From IMG/VR virus record IMGVR_UViG_3300005239_000048, positions 1 to 60,053 of that record: 60,053 bases of DNA. The stretch is one strand, 5' to 3'. The number at the start of each line of letters is the position of its first letter. The stretch's first letter is position 1. The stretch comes from a virus (lineage: Duplodnaviria > Caudoviricetes). The notes beneath the pieces were generated by a model. The model was given only the letters and a program-made list of their open reading frames with translations. It did no database searches and was not told the origin of the DNA. Below, piece by piece: positions 18,253-28,288 of the stretch. The translations under genes and the position numbers were made by a program.

Positions 18253-20908
18253 ATGCCAATTAAATTTCTTAATGATGTCGCTGTAGACACTAGTGTCTTA
18301 TATGTAGATACAACAAACGATAGAGTTGGTATCGGAACGGCTAGTCCAAGTGAAAAACTTCATGTTGTTGGCTCAGCTCTTATTGAGGGCTCAAGTATCG
18401 AATTAAAAGTAAAAGGAAGCGGGAGCTACGACACAGCTAATATTACTATGGGTAACGCGGCTAAGGCTGATAGTTTTTCAATAGATACTCGAAACGATCC
18501 AGGCGATAATAAAACAACTCTCAGTTTTGATTCTTATCAGACAACGGGTACATCGACAATAACGCTTGGCGATAATTATGTAAATTTAGGTACAGCCAGC
18601 TCAACCCGGTTGGTGATCAATTCTTCGGGCAACGTCGGGATTGGGACGACTAATCCTAGTCAAAAACTTCACGTATCAGGTAATGCAAGAGTCACAGGAG
18701 CATACTACGATTCAAATAATTCCCCAGGCACATCAAACCAAGTATTAGTATCTACAGTTACAGGCACTGATTGGATTGACGGTTCGGCTATACCAGGTGT
18801 TCCAGATGGATCAGGCACCGCTGGTAAAATAGTTATGTGGCAAGACTCTGATACACTTACAGATTCTAAAATCACACAAACAGCAGGCAGTGAAACAAAC
18901 TATGTAGACGTTGATTTTGCAAATGTAGAAGATTTAACAATAACAGGGGATAGTAGCTTTAGTACTTTTACTGTTAATGCTTTTGATGAAGTTAATTTTT
19001 CAAATATTGAAAATAATTTTAGTGTTGGAAGCGGTGACTTGAGCATAGCTACTGGTGATTCTAGTATGAGTCTTGGTACGACTACAGCTGATAGTGACAC
19101 GCTAACAGTTGGATATACAACTACTAGATTTATAGGCACAGGAAACTTCGGGATTGGTACGACTAACCCTGGCGAAAAGCTTACATTGCAAACTCAAGCA
19201 ACTGGCTTAGGGAGTGAAGGTGTTTTTATAAAAAACCCTTTCGCGGGTAGCACGCCTATTGTAAACTCTAAAAGTCCTTTTTTATCATTAGCAACTTCCA
19301 ATAGTTCTGGGTATACCTCTACAATTTATATGGGTAGAAACGGAACAGCCACAGGTCAAGAAAGTAAAATAGAGTGGAGTAATTCTAATAATGGTTTAAG
19401 CATTTATGTAGCAGGGCAAGGCAGCTACCGGGAGCATGTTCGTTTTGGAAATCTTTCTTCAAGTGTCGCAAGAACGTATTTTAATGGCACCGTCGGTATC
19501 GGAACGACTAGTCCTGCATATTTACTTGATGTAAACGAAGATGATAACGTATTGGCGTTTCGTGTTACAGGCGGAGGTGGCGGTGCGCCAATGGCTAGTT
19601 TTGTAAGAGACGTGGGGGCAACTGGCTCTCAGGTAAATATAAATGCTCAGAGTAATTTTCCTCAAATACAGTTTACTAATACAAGTAATACTTTTTCAAT
19701 AGGCGGAGATACTTCTGGTAATTTTAAAATATCAGATAATACGGCTATTGGAACAAATGATAGGATTACAATAGACAATACTGGCAACGTAGGGATTGGG
19801 ACTACTAGTCCAGCAGCTCAGCTTGAGGTTGAAGGTGGTGACCATTTATTACAATTAAGCTCGCTTTCCGCTACCGGTAATCCATACGTATCATTCAACC
19901 AAGCCGGCGCTAGGAGATCTTTTATACAACACGCTGATAACGGCGATTTCCTTAAATTAGCTAGTGAGTATGGCGGTATTAGTTTCTTCACAGGAACAGG
20001 AGGTACTGAAACTCAAAAAATGACAATACTGTCTGGCGGCAATGTCGGGGTTGGTGACACAAGCGCCAGACGCTAAATTAACAGTGTTTAGAACTGATAG
20101 TACATACGCTATAAACCTTAGCAATACAGAAGCTAGAGCAGGTTTATCCGTAAAATCTTCAAGCACTTTTGATAGCAAATTAACAATAAGCTCTGGAGCA
20201 AGCTCTAGGCAGTATATACAAGCTGTTAATAACGCCGCAACAACAGGAAGAGATATTGTTTTAAATCCTTACGGCGGCAACGTTGGGATCGGGACTACTA
20301 GTCCTGGAGCTAAGCTGGATGTTAGTGGTAGTTTTAAGTTAAGTGATTTTACTTCAAATTCAGTTGCAACAACGGGTAGTTTATCACCTAATCAAAACTA
20401 TCAAGCGTCAACACAAGATACTTTAGCTGATTTAACTGTTGATCCAAGTGGTAATGTAGTAAGAGGCATGCAAGAAGGCACGTGGACTTTTACAAAAGCA
20501 CAACTTGATGGGACTTTGGGAATGACGTTAATATCAGCGCCAGGTGTAAATAAAGCTGTTATAGTTTATGAATCATCTTGGATGATAAAGTATAATGCTA
20601 CTGGGGCTATAAGCGCAAACCAAAGATACGAAATACGCCAGGCTAGTAACGTAGGCGTAGGAGTCGTAACTATATTACCTGGAGCAAAAATTAATGAAAT
20701 ACTTTCTAATGGCCAGACTATGCCGGGAGGTGGTGCTTCTGCTTATGGATTTTATTCAAGAGACGTACCTGCGGACGTGGGTGGTAGAACTTTTAAAACA
20801 AACACAGCTACTACGCTGCATAAAAACGTTTCAAATCAATTACCAACAGGTGTTGAAACTGTTTCAATAAAATTAAAATATAGAATATACGATGCAACAA
20901 CTTTTTAA
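18253..20908 (+). CDS. Tail fibre with GNVGIGTTSP repeats (apparent +1 indel near 20061)
   Basis: Seven repeats across ORFs 18253-20076 and 20042-20908; the junction falls inside one repeat. Confidence 0.75.
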
Positions 20909-20923
20909 AACAAATAATAAATT

Positions 20924-21265
20924 ATGATAACTTACGATTGGAACTGTAAAACAGTAGACGTTCACCCAACAGAAGGTAGTGAAACAGACGTGGTGTACAA
21001 CGTGCACTGGATAGTAACTGGTATCTCAGACGAGCTTGATCCAGAAGGAAATGCATATCAGTCAACTAGTATCGGTACGCAGACTGTACCTTTAGATCCT
21101 GAAAGTGAATTTATTCCTTTTGAAGATCTAACAAATGAAATAGTAGTTGATTGGACTAAGGATGCTATGGGCGCGGAACAAGTAACTTCTATAGAAGCTG
21201 GTATACAGCAAGCTATTGATTTAGAGATAAATCCAACTTCTGTAACTATGACAATAGCAGATTAA
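20924..21265 (+). CDS. Small fibre-associated protein
   Basis: TYDW...VVYNVHW...FIPFEDLT...V.DW; paralog of 15505-15816. Confidence 0.65.
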   Translation: MITYDWNCKTVDVHPTEGSETDVVYNVHWIVTGISDELDPEGNAYQSTSIGTQTVPLDPESEFIPFEDLTNEIVVDWTKDAMGAEQVTSIEAGIQQAIDLEINPTSVTMTIAD

Positions 21266-21294
21266 GTAAAAATCACTAAAACCAAGTGAGTATA
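21266..21294 (+). promoter_or_regulatory. Putative class II promoter GTAAA-N15-GTGAGTATA
   Basis: Intergenic, upstream of the groEL operon. Confidence 0.55.
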
Positions 21295-21351
21295 TAGAAT
21301 ATACCCGGCCAGGGAAATGGCAAACCAAATAGTAATTTAAAACCAAAACCA

Positions 21352-21642
21352 ATGACACTATTTTACCAGACTCAATCGTGGAGTAGTCAACCACAAGTAA
21401 CTGAAGAAACCATTAACCTTTGGAAGCATGTATCTGAAAAGAAACACTGGCGTATAGTCCAGCTACCAAACGGTTTCTACCAAACAGAATACCTAGATCC
21501 TAATAAAGAAGATTCTTGGATCGACGTAACGAGACGCGAAACCCTCGAAGGAGCTGAGCAAGCAATAGATGCATCAATATCGCACTACGAAAAAAAGCTT
21601 GGTTATCTGCGCGGACCACAAGTCGTTAAAACCTTTAAATAA
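21352..21642 (+). CDS. Hypothetical protein
   Basis: ORF track; A-rich leader. Confidence 0.7.
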   Translation: MTLFYQTQSWSSQPQVTEETINLWKHVSEKKHWRIVQLPNGFYQTEYLDPNKEDSWIDVTRRETLEGAEQAIDASISHYEKKLGYLRGPQVVKTFK

Positions 21643-21674
21643 AATTATACAATCAAATTAAATTAAATTAAATC

Positions 21675-23231
21675 ATGACTGACAAAATTGTCAAAAATCT
21701 TAACTTTGGTCAAGAGGCTAAAGATAAGGTGTTTAAAGGTATAGATAAATTAACAAAGGCTGTTAGCTCCACACTTGGGGCTAGCGGCCAATGTGTAATA
21801 CTAGAAGATGATCAGGGTAAACCTGTCATTACAAAAGATGGTGTAACTGTAGCAAATGCTATAACACTATTAGACCCAGTAGAAAATATGGGTGCTACGC
21901 TTCTAAAGGAAGCTGCTAGAAAAACTGTTCAAGAAGCTGGCGATGGAACAACAACGGCTACAGTACTAGCGCACTCAATTTTAACTGAAGCGTATAAAAA
22001 TATCGACAAAGATAATATACGTAATATTAAAAACGGTATAACAAACGCCGTTGATAAAGTTGTTAAATACCTAGAAGCAAAAGCTATTGAAGTAAAAGGT
22101 AGCATGCTTGATGATGTAGCAACAATTAGTTGTAACAATGATTTAGAACTAGGTAAAATAATCGGTGATGCTTTTAAAGCAGCTGGTGAAAACGGTGTTG
22201 TTATAATGGAGCCAACAACAGAGGACAAAACAGAGTTTGAACTTGTTGACGGTGTACAATACGAAAAGGGTTTAACCAACTCTCACTTTGTTACAAGTAA
22301 AGAAAAACGTGTAGCAGAACTTGACAACCCACTTGTATTACTAATCGAGTCACCTATAGAATCTGTACGCAAGATTCAGTCAGTCCTTGAGTATGTAATT
22401 AAAAATAAAAAGCCATTGCTTATTATAGGTGATTTAGAAACAGAAGTGTTATCAACACTAGCGATGAACAAGGCTAAAGGTAATATAAAAGTAAATGTAG
22501 TAAACGCGCCTACGTACGGTATAAACAAGAAAGATACAATGTCTGACTTAGCTATACTTACCGGTGCTACTGTTATCAACGAAGATCTTGGTGATGACTT
22601 AGATGTTATAAACCCAGACTTTCTAGGATCGTGTTTTAAGAGCACAACTAGTGATACAGATACAATACTTCAAGTAGATACTTCTACTGACGAGATAAAG
22701 CATTTAATTGATTCAGTTAAAAAATTGATATCTAAAGCTAAAGCTCCTGGTGAAGTTATAAGACTTGAAAAAAGATTAGCTAGACTATCAGCAAAAGTTG
22801 CAGTTGTAAAAATAGGGGCTAACTCAGAGATAGAGTTAAAAGAAAAATCAGATAGAGTCGAAGATGCTATCTGTGCTACTAAAGCCGCGATAAAAGAAGG
22901 TATAGTATCTGGAGGTGGCATAGCTCTTCGCGATGCATCTAATAAAACCAAAAGTAAAAACATTGGTGAAAAGATATTGCTAGAAGCTATTAAAGCTCCA
23001 TTTAAAACTATACTAAATAACGCTGGACTAGAAGAGGTTGGTACGCCCGAAGAAGGTATGGGTGTTAATGTAGTTACAGGTGAAACTGTTCATATGGTTG
23101 ATACAGGTATTATTGATCCATTGCTTGTAACTAAAAGCGCACTCAAACACGCGGCTTCAGTGGCTACCACTATACTTTCTACAGATTGTGTAATCAATAA
23201 TTTAAGAGTTGGAGATGATAGCAGTAGGTAG
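21675..23231 (+). CDS. groEL: Chaperonin GroEL
   Basis: ITKDGVTVA, AGDGTTTATVLA, RVEDA..ATKAA..EGIV.GGG, GIIDP motifs. Confidence 0.96.
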   Translation: MTDKIVKNLNFGQEAKDKVFKGIDKLTKAVSSTLGASGQCVILEDDQGKPVITKDGVTVANAITLLDPVENMGATLLKEAARKTVQEAGDGTTTATVLAHSILTEAYKNIDKDNIRNIKNGITNAVDKVVKYLEAKAIEVKGSMLDDVATISCNNDLELGKIIGDAFKAAGENGVVIMEPTTEDKTEFELVDGVQYEKGLTNSHFVTSKEKRVAELDNPLVLLIESPIESVRKIQSVLEYVIKNKKPLLIIGDLETEVLSTLAMNKAKGNIKVNVVNAPTYGINKKDTMSDLAILTGATVINEDLGDDLDVINPDFLGSCFKSTTSDTDTILQVDTSTDEIKHLIDSVKKLISKAKAPGEVIRLEKRLARLSAKVAVVKIGANSEIELKEKSDRVEDAICATKAAIKEGIVSGGGIALRDASNKTKSKNIGEKILLEAIKAPFKTILNNAGLEEVGTPEEGMGVNVVTGETVHMVDTGIIDPLLVTKSALKHAASVATTILSTDCVINNLRVGDDSSR

Positions 23232-23478
23232 AAATATAGTAATAGAAAAGAAAAAAGAAAATACCATTAAAAAAACAGATGGTGGTCTCATGCTTACAGG
23301 TTCTCAAAGAGTTGATGTTCGTTATAAAGAAGCAACTGTACTTCACTGTGGTAGTGATGTAAAAGGTATAGAAGAAGGTCAAACAATATTCTATGATAAA
23401 AATGCTAGCCACCGACTTGAAGTTGATAAAGAAGTTTTTTACGTTATAAAAGATATTGATGTTGTTATAGTGTTATGA
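23215..23478 (+). CDS. groES: Co-chaperonin GroES-like
   Basis: Mobile loop KTDGGLML; ATVLHCG; size and position after groEL. Confidence 0.8.
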   Translation: MIAVGRNIVIEKKKENTIKKTDGGLMLTGSQRVDVRYKEATVLHCGSDVKGIEEGQTIFYDKNASHRLEVDKEVFYVIKDIDVVIVL

Positions 23479-23918
23479 AAATAGATGCTAGTGACATTAG
23501 GGATTTAAATCTTCTTAAACACTATCGTATAATACGTAAGTGGGCTTGTAAAAATAATGGTTTAAACGATGCGGAGCTAGAGCTTTTAATTTATCTAGAC
23601 TGCATGGATATGTTTACTAGAAAAGATTTTCAAGATGGCGTATATTCTTTTAGTTGGGATAATCGCAGGTGGAACAAGCTTTTACAAAACGATTGGATTA
23701 CTGTTTGGAGGCACAACAATAGGACTACACAGAAGTATAATATATACAAAGTGTCTTTTAAAGGTAAACAACTAATATCAAGAGTATATAAAATAATGCT
23801 AGGTGAAGAGGATATACCTACAAGCACCAGGCGAAACAGTATAATGAAAGGCAAAAGCTATAGCGATAAAGTTTATTCATTTGCTATTAACAATGTCAAC
23901 AAAGATAAAGAAAGATAA
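23475..23918 (+). CDS. Putative winged-helix (MarR-like) DNA-binding protein
   Basis: GLNDAELELLIYL...W..L....WI...Y.VS.KGKQLI pattern. Confidence 0.5.
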   Translation: MKIDASDIRDLNLLKHYRIIRKWACKNNGLNDAELELLIYLDCMDMFTRKDFQDGVYSFSWDNRRWNKLLQNDWITVWRHNNRTTQKYNIYKVSFKGKQLISRVYKIMLGEEDIPTSTRRNSIMKGKSYSDKVYSFAINNVNKDKER

Positions 23919-23920
23919 TT

Positions 23921-25096
23921 ATGGCTTTTAAATTACCAAACCCATCACCTTTTAGACAAGAGGTAGATAAACCTAAAAGTAGCTTCGCTGATAATAGTTT
24001 TTTTACAGATTCTATGCGCCAAGGGTTTAACGCTGGTGAATATGGAACATACTCAAACCCTTCACTTGATCCACAGACGTATGCTTCAGATAGTATGGGA
24101 GATGCTATAGCTTCAACTAGTGAAAAACTTGCTGCTGCTATTGCTGACAAGAAAAAAATGATGACAACGTCTAAAGATCGCCCAAATTTTGAAAACAAAC
24201 ACAAGGTCGAAAAAACAAAAACTTTAAAAAAAGGCGCTAGTCCAGATTTAGAGTCTAAAATAAAAACAGCTAAGTCTAGAGGTAATTTAAAAAGAGCAGC
24301 TAGATTACAAGGTAGACAAGATAGACGTATTGAAAGACAAACAGAAGGAGCTCAAAGAATTGAAGATAGACAAGCTAAAAAAACAAAACGCGTTTCAGGA
24401 AGACAAAAAGAAATGACTAAAAAATCATTAGATACTAGTACTGATGGAAGTAACTTAGAGATAAAAAATGATTCACCAAATAAATTTTTAGGAGGTATTG
24501 CAGCGGCTGCTGGTCAAATAGGTACGGGAAACTCAAGTATTATGAGTGGATTTCTAGAAAATAACACTGCATATCAAATGGCAATGGAACGCAAGCAAGC
24601 TCAGCAATCAGCTTCAGCGGCACCCACAACTCCAGTAGCACCCACAGCTAATATGTCTGCAGGAGCAACAATGGATGGAGGCGCTATGGACCAAGCAAAT
24701 CCTTTTGAAGGTAAAACATTTCAAATTACTCCGGCTAATATGATGGGTAATGCCAAGCCTATGTTTAGTGAACAAACTCAAGGTATGGCGCAAACTGCTT
24801 TTGGATCTGGTTTAGAAAGACAAATGTCTATGCCTAAGTCTGGATCAGTTACACAAATGAGTGCTAAACAAGAAAAAGCTTTTGGGCCTGGTAGCGAAGT
24901 ATATGAAGGTGGTAACACAGCTATATACGAAGGTTTAAAAGCTGGAGACAATTCACCAGCCGCTAGCTATGAAAATCCTAAAACTGTTATAAATGATTCT
25001 CACGGTTATGTAGCTAGAAAAGCAGCTGAAGCTTTTGGTGAGATAGGCGCAAAACTTATTGAAAAGAAAAAAGGAGATCAAGACGAAAACGAATAA
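23921..25096 (+). CDS. Low-complexity hypothetical protein, possibly internal virion protein
   Basis: 391-aa ORF starting MAFKL. Confidence 0.65.
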   Translation: MAFKLPNPSPFRQEVDKPKSSFADNSFFTDSMRQGFNAGEYGTYSNPSLDPQTYASDSMGDAIASTSEKLAAAIADKKKMMTTSKDRPNFENKHKVEKTKTLKKGASPDLESKIKTAKSRGNLKRAARLQGRQDRRIERQTEGAQRIEDRQAKKTKRVSGRQKEMTKKSLDTSTDGSNLEIKNDSPNKFLGGIAAAAGQIGTGNSSIMSGFLENNTAYQMAMERKQAQQSASAAPTTPVAPTANMSAGATMDGGAMDQANPFEGKTFQITPANMMGNAKPMFSEQTQGMAQTAFGSGLERQMSMPKSGSVTQMSAKQEKAFGPGSEVYEGGNTAIYEGLKAGDNSPAASYENPKTVINDSHGYVARKAAEAFGEIGAKLIEKKKGDQDENE

Positions 25097-25105
25097 CAAA
25101 TAATT

Positions 25106-25309
25106 ATGGATCACAAGATAAGTAAATTACTAGGTAAGCCTTCGTTGGAAGGACAAGTAGGTGAGTCGCATGTTTGGGACGGGCCGCTAGACACCACTGG
25201 TTTTCCAATGGGTAAAGGTAGTAGTTCTGGTATTACAGGTATGCAAGTTAAAAAATATCCTTGCAGCTATAAATCCGGACCAATTACAATGAGAGCAAAA
25301 GGATTATAA
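25106..25309 (+). CDS. Hypothetical protein
   Basis: ORF track. Confidence 0.6.
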   Translation: MDHKISKLLGKPSLEGQVGESHVWDGPLDTTGFPMGKGSSSGITGMQVKKYPCSYKSGPITMRAKGL

Positions 25310-25310
25310 G

Positions 25311-25466
25311 ATGAGTTTTAACGATTTTAAACTTTACGCTATAAACACAACTACATTGGGAGTAACAACATTTGCTGAAATAGAGATGGGTTTAAAATTG
25401 CTATTGCTAGTGGTAACTATTGGTTACACTGTAAACAAGTGGATACAGCTTAAAAACAAAAAATAA
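25311..25466 (+). CDS. Small membrane protein, holin-like
   Basis: Manual translation ...GLKLLLLVVTIGYTVNKWIQLKNKK; stop overlaps the endolysin ATG. Confidence 0.55.
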   Translation: MSFNDFKLYAINTTTLGVTTFAEIEMGLKLLLLVVTIGYTVNKWIQLKNKK

Positions 25467-25828
25467 TGTTTAAGTATTTTACTTATGAAGAGTTCGATTC
25501 GCCTGATGTACAAGGTAGCGGGCAAATGATGAGTAAAGATCTTATACTTATACTAGACAATGTTAGAGCTGAGCTTGGCAAACCTATAGATATTAACTCT
25601 GGGTATCGCACGTCAGCACACAATGAAAAAGTAGGTGGGAAACCTAACTCATCTCATTTAAAAGGTCTTGCGGCTGATATAGCTTGCAAGGATAGTAGAT
25701 ACAGGTTTGAACTTGTAAGAGAATTAATGGAACACGGTATAGACCGTATAGGTATTGGTGATACTTTTATTCATATAGATATAGACGATGATAAATCACC
25801 TAATGTAATTTGGACATATGGCAACTGA
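25466..25828 (+). CDS. Peptidase M15-family endolysin
   Basis: SGYR...HN..VGG...SSH..G.AAD and FIHID Zn-binding motifs. Confidence 0.88.
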   Translation: MFKYFTYEEFDSPDVQGSGQMMSKDLILILDNVRAELGKPIDINSGYRTSAHNEKVGGKPNSSHLKGLAADIACKDSRYRFELVRELMEHGIDRIGIGDTFIHIDIDDDKSPNVIWTYGN

Positions 25829-26078
25829 TAAAAAAACACTTAAGTGTAATAAACCTCGGCGTACGCCAGATCATAAAACTAAATCACACATTGTAAAAGC
25901 TTGCAGTGGAGGTTTAGAAAAAATCATAAGGTTTGGTCAGCAAGGTGTAAGCACTGCTGGTAAAAAAACAGACGCTAAGTCTAAAGCACGTAGAGCTAGT
26001 TTTAAAGCTCGTCACGCAAAGAACATTAAAAAAGGTAAAATGTCAGCCGCTTACTGGGCTGACAAAGTTAAATGGTAA
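25818..26078 (+). CDS. Basic phage hypothetical protein
   Basis: IRFGQQG...RRASFKARH...SAAYWA motif. Confidence 0.65.
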   Translation: MATDKKTLKCNKPRRTPDHKTKSHIVKACSGGLEKIIRFGQQGVSTAGKKTDAKSKARRASFKARHAKNIKKGKMSAAYWADKVKW

Positions 26079-26080
26079 TT

Positions 26081-26497
26081 ATGGGAACATTCATGACAAA
26101 GCACAGTGGTTCTGCTTTAAGATACGGATCACCAATGCAACAAAGAGAAAAACAAAAAACAATATCTGAGCAATCTTATGAAGACGAATTAAAAAGAGAA
26201 AGACGTATGCCTGGCTTTGCTGAAAATCCAACTGAAGGCGGGGTTACTCGAGCTGCTAAAGAAACAACCAGTAAGTTTAAAAAAGACATTAGCACGCCAA
26301 AAGCAAAAACTCTTAAAAAATCTCCAGTTAATCACGGTAGCCATAGAATAACAGTTAATAATCATAAGCACACAAAACAATCTAGTGTTAGTGATTCTAA
26401 TGAAAAAAAGTACCCGACCGGAGCAAAGTTTGGAGGCAATGAAAAAGCAAAAAAACTAACAGATGCGCAATTAGAAAAAATGCGCAAAAAACAATGA
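26081..26497 (+). CDS. Basic hypothetical protein
   Basis: ORF track; ATG at 26081. Confidence 0.6.
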   Translation: MGTFMTKHSGSALRYGSPMQQREKQKTISEQSYEDELKRERRMPGFAENPTEGGVTRAAKETTSKFKKDISTPKAKTLKKSPVNHGSHRITVNNHKHTKQSSVSDSNEKKYPTGAKFGGNEKAKKLTDAQLEKMRKKQ

Positions 26498-26649
26498 AAT
26501 CAAAAGGACTAGGAGACGACATAGCAAAGTTTACTAAAGCTACTGGTATTAAAACCGTAGTTGATAAACTTTCAGAGGGATTAAATATTCCTTGTGGTTG
26601 CTCTGCTAGACAAGCTTGGTTTAACGATAAAGTACCCTACAACAAATAA
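26494..26649 (+). CDS. Small protein with GLGD and CGC motifs
   Basis: Manual translation MKSKGLGDDIAKFTKATGIK...PCGCSARQAWFN. Confidence 0.6.
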   Translation: MKSKGLGDDIAKFTKATGIKTVVDKLSEGLNIPCGCSARQAWFNDKVPYNK

Positions 26650-26650
26650 T

Positions 26651-26959
26651 ATGGCTTTTAAATTAACACCACCATTTTCAATAGACAATACTCCTATATA
26701 TAGTGTAGATATGGAGGACGGTGTGTTAGGTAAAGCTAATAACAACGGTACGATTATTATAAATAAAGATGTATCACCTAATAAAATGCAAGAGGTTATT
26801 GATCACGAAATGATACATATAGACCAAATGCGTAGAGGTGATCTTGATTACGATAATAAAAACGTATATTGGAAAGGTAGGGTAATACCTCGCTCAAGTA
26901 TTAAAGAAGGAGCTAAAAACTTACCATGGGAAAAAGAAGCTTACAACAAAACAAAATAA
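26651..26959 (+). CDS. Small zincin-like metallopeptidase
   Basis: HEMIH (HExxH) plus downstream PWEKEAY third-ligand Glu. Confidence 0.7.
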   Translation: MAFKLTPPFSIDNTPIYSVDMEDGVLGKANNNGTIIINKDVSPNKMQEVIDHEMIHIDQMRRGDLDYDNKNVYWKGRVIPRSSIKEGAKNLPWEKEAYNKTK

Positions 26960-26965
26960 AACAAA

Positions 26966-27367
26966 ATGGCATATAAACAAAAACAATCATCATGCGCTAA
27001 AATGGTAGACGCTAAAGGAAAACCATCAGGTCTTATGATGGCTGGTTCTGCTTACCATATGGAATCAATAAGTCAAGAAAAGAAAAACTTAGTAAACGAT
27101 ATGCCTATTGATGGCAAGGCGTCTGCTATGGAAATGTCTCCGTATAAAATGGACCACGGTTCTCCTGCTAAAGAAAATGATCCAGATCCAAATAAAAAGG
27201 AAAAAAAAGAAAAGCAATCAGCTAGGGATAAATTTCAAAATGCATATCTAGACAAAGGTGGTGATATAAAAAAATTGCAAGAAGCTACTAATCGTGTTAT
27301 AGACGAAAAAGGAAATGTTAGAGCAAATTCAGGTTCTATTAGAGAATATGACTCAACTGTTAAGTAA
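26966..27367 (+). CDS. Hypothetical protein
   Basis: ORF track. Confidence 0.6.
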   Translation: MAYKQKQSSCAKMVDAKGKPSGLMMAGSAYHMESISQEKKNLVNDMPIDGKASAMEMSPYKMDHGSPAKENDPDPNKKEKKEKQSARDKFQNAYLDKGGDIKKLQEATNRVIDEKGNVRANSGSIREYDSTVK

Positions 27368-27766
27368 ATGAAAAAAATTCTTCAATTTATAACTGGAGGT
27401 CTCATCAAAGATATAGGTCAAGTAATAGATGATCTAGTAACTACAGATGAAGAGAGACTTGCGGCTAAACAAAAAGTTGAAGAACTGCTAGAGCAAGCAG
27501 ATAAAGATGCTCAAGACCAGGTAACAGCAAGATGGGAGTCAGACATGAAGTCTGATTCCTTCTTGTCTAAGAATATAAGGCCAATGGTTCTTATATACCT
27601 TACCTTTATATTTTCCGTGTTAGCATTTTTTGACGGTAACATAGGAGAGTTTTCAATAGCAGAGGATTATATACCTATATTCCAATCATTATTAATAACC
27701 GTGTATGGTGCTTACTTTGTGGGACGTACGTGGGAAAAAGGTAAAAAAATAAGTAATAATAAGTAA
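27368..27766 (+). CDS. Holin (GTA 3TM-holin-like)
   Basis: RW..DM.SDS.LSKNIRP followed by TM helices and YF.GR..EK. Confidence 0.75.
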   Translation: MKKILQFITGGLIKDIGQVIDDLVTTDEERLAAKQKVEELLEQADKDAQDQVTARWESDMKSDSFLSKNIRPMVLIYLTFIFSVLAFFDGNIGEFSIAEDYIPIFQSLLITVYGAYFVGRTWEKGKKISNNK

Positions 27767-27791
27767 AGTTAAATAACTTAAATTAAATTAA

Positions 27792-28061
27792 ATGTCAAAT
27801 TCAATTACAGCTGAAGAGCTTAAAACTATTAAAGACCAACAAACAGAGTTAAGTACCGTTGTAAATCAGATTGGTCAATTAGAAGCAAACAAACATTCGT
27901 TGCTTCATAAGATCGCTGGAATTAACGAAGGTATTGAAGATACTAAAAAACAACTAGAAGAAACATACGGAGCTATTAACATTAATTTAGAAGATGGTAC
28001 GTATACTGAAATCGAAAAAGAAGATGAAGGTGAACTAGCTGTTGTTAAGGCAGAAGACTAA
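27792..28061 (+). CDS. Coiled-coil protein, prefoldin-like pattern
   Basis: Heptad helices followed by YGAININLEDG. Confidence 0.55.
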   Translation: MSNSITAEELKTIKDQQTELSTVVNQIGQLEANKHSLLHKIAGINEGIEDTKKQLEETYGAININLEDGTYTEIEKEDEGELAVVKAED

Positions 28062-28288
28062 TGAGTGCTGTTATAAGAAAAATCAGTATTGGTTCTGATT
28101 ACAAAAACGATGCGATGCATTACGCTGTTGGCCAGCAAGTATATGGCGGGCACGAGATATCACATATTTTGTTTGAAGATGAAGATGCTTCTTATAACAT
28201 ATTTATAAAGAAAAACAACGAGGTATTGCCATGGAAGAAGTTTAATTCTAACATGGCTGTATCTGTTGAATATGATTTAGAATATTAA
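28061..28288 (+). CDS. Hypothetical protein
   Basis: Translationally coupled ORF. Confidence 0.7.
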   Translation: MSAVIRKISIGSDYKNDAMHYAVGQQVYGGHEISHILFEDEDASYNIFIKKNNEVLPWKKFNSNMAVSVEYDLEY

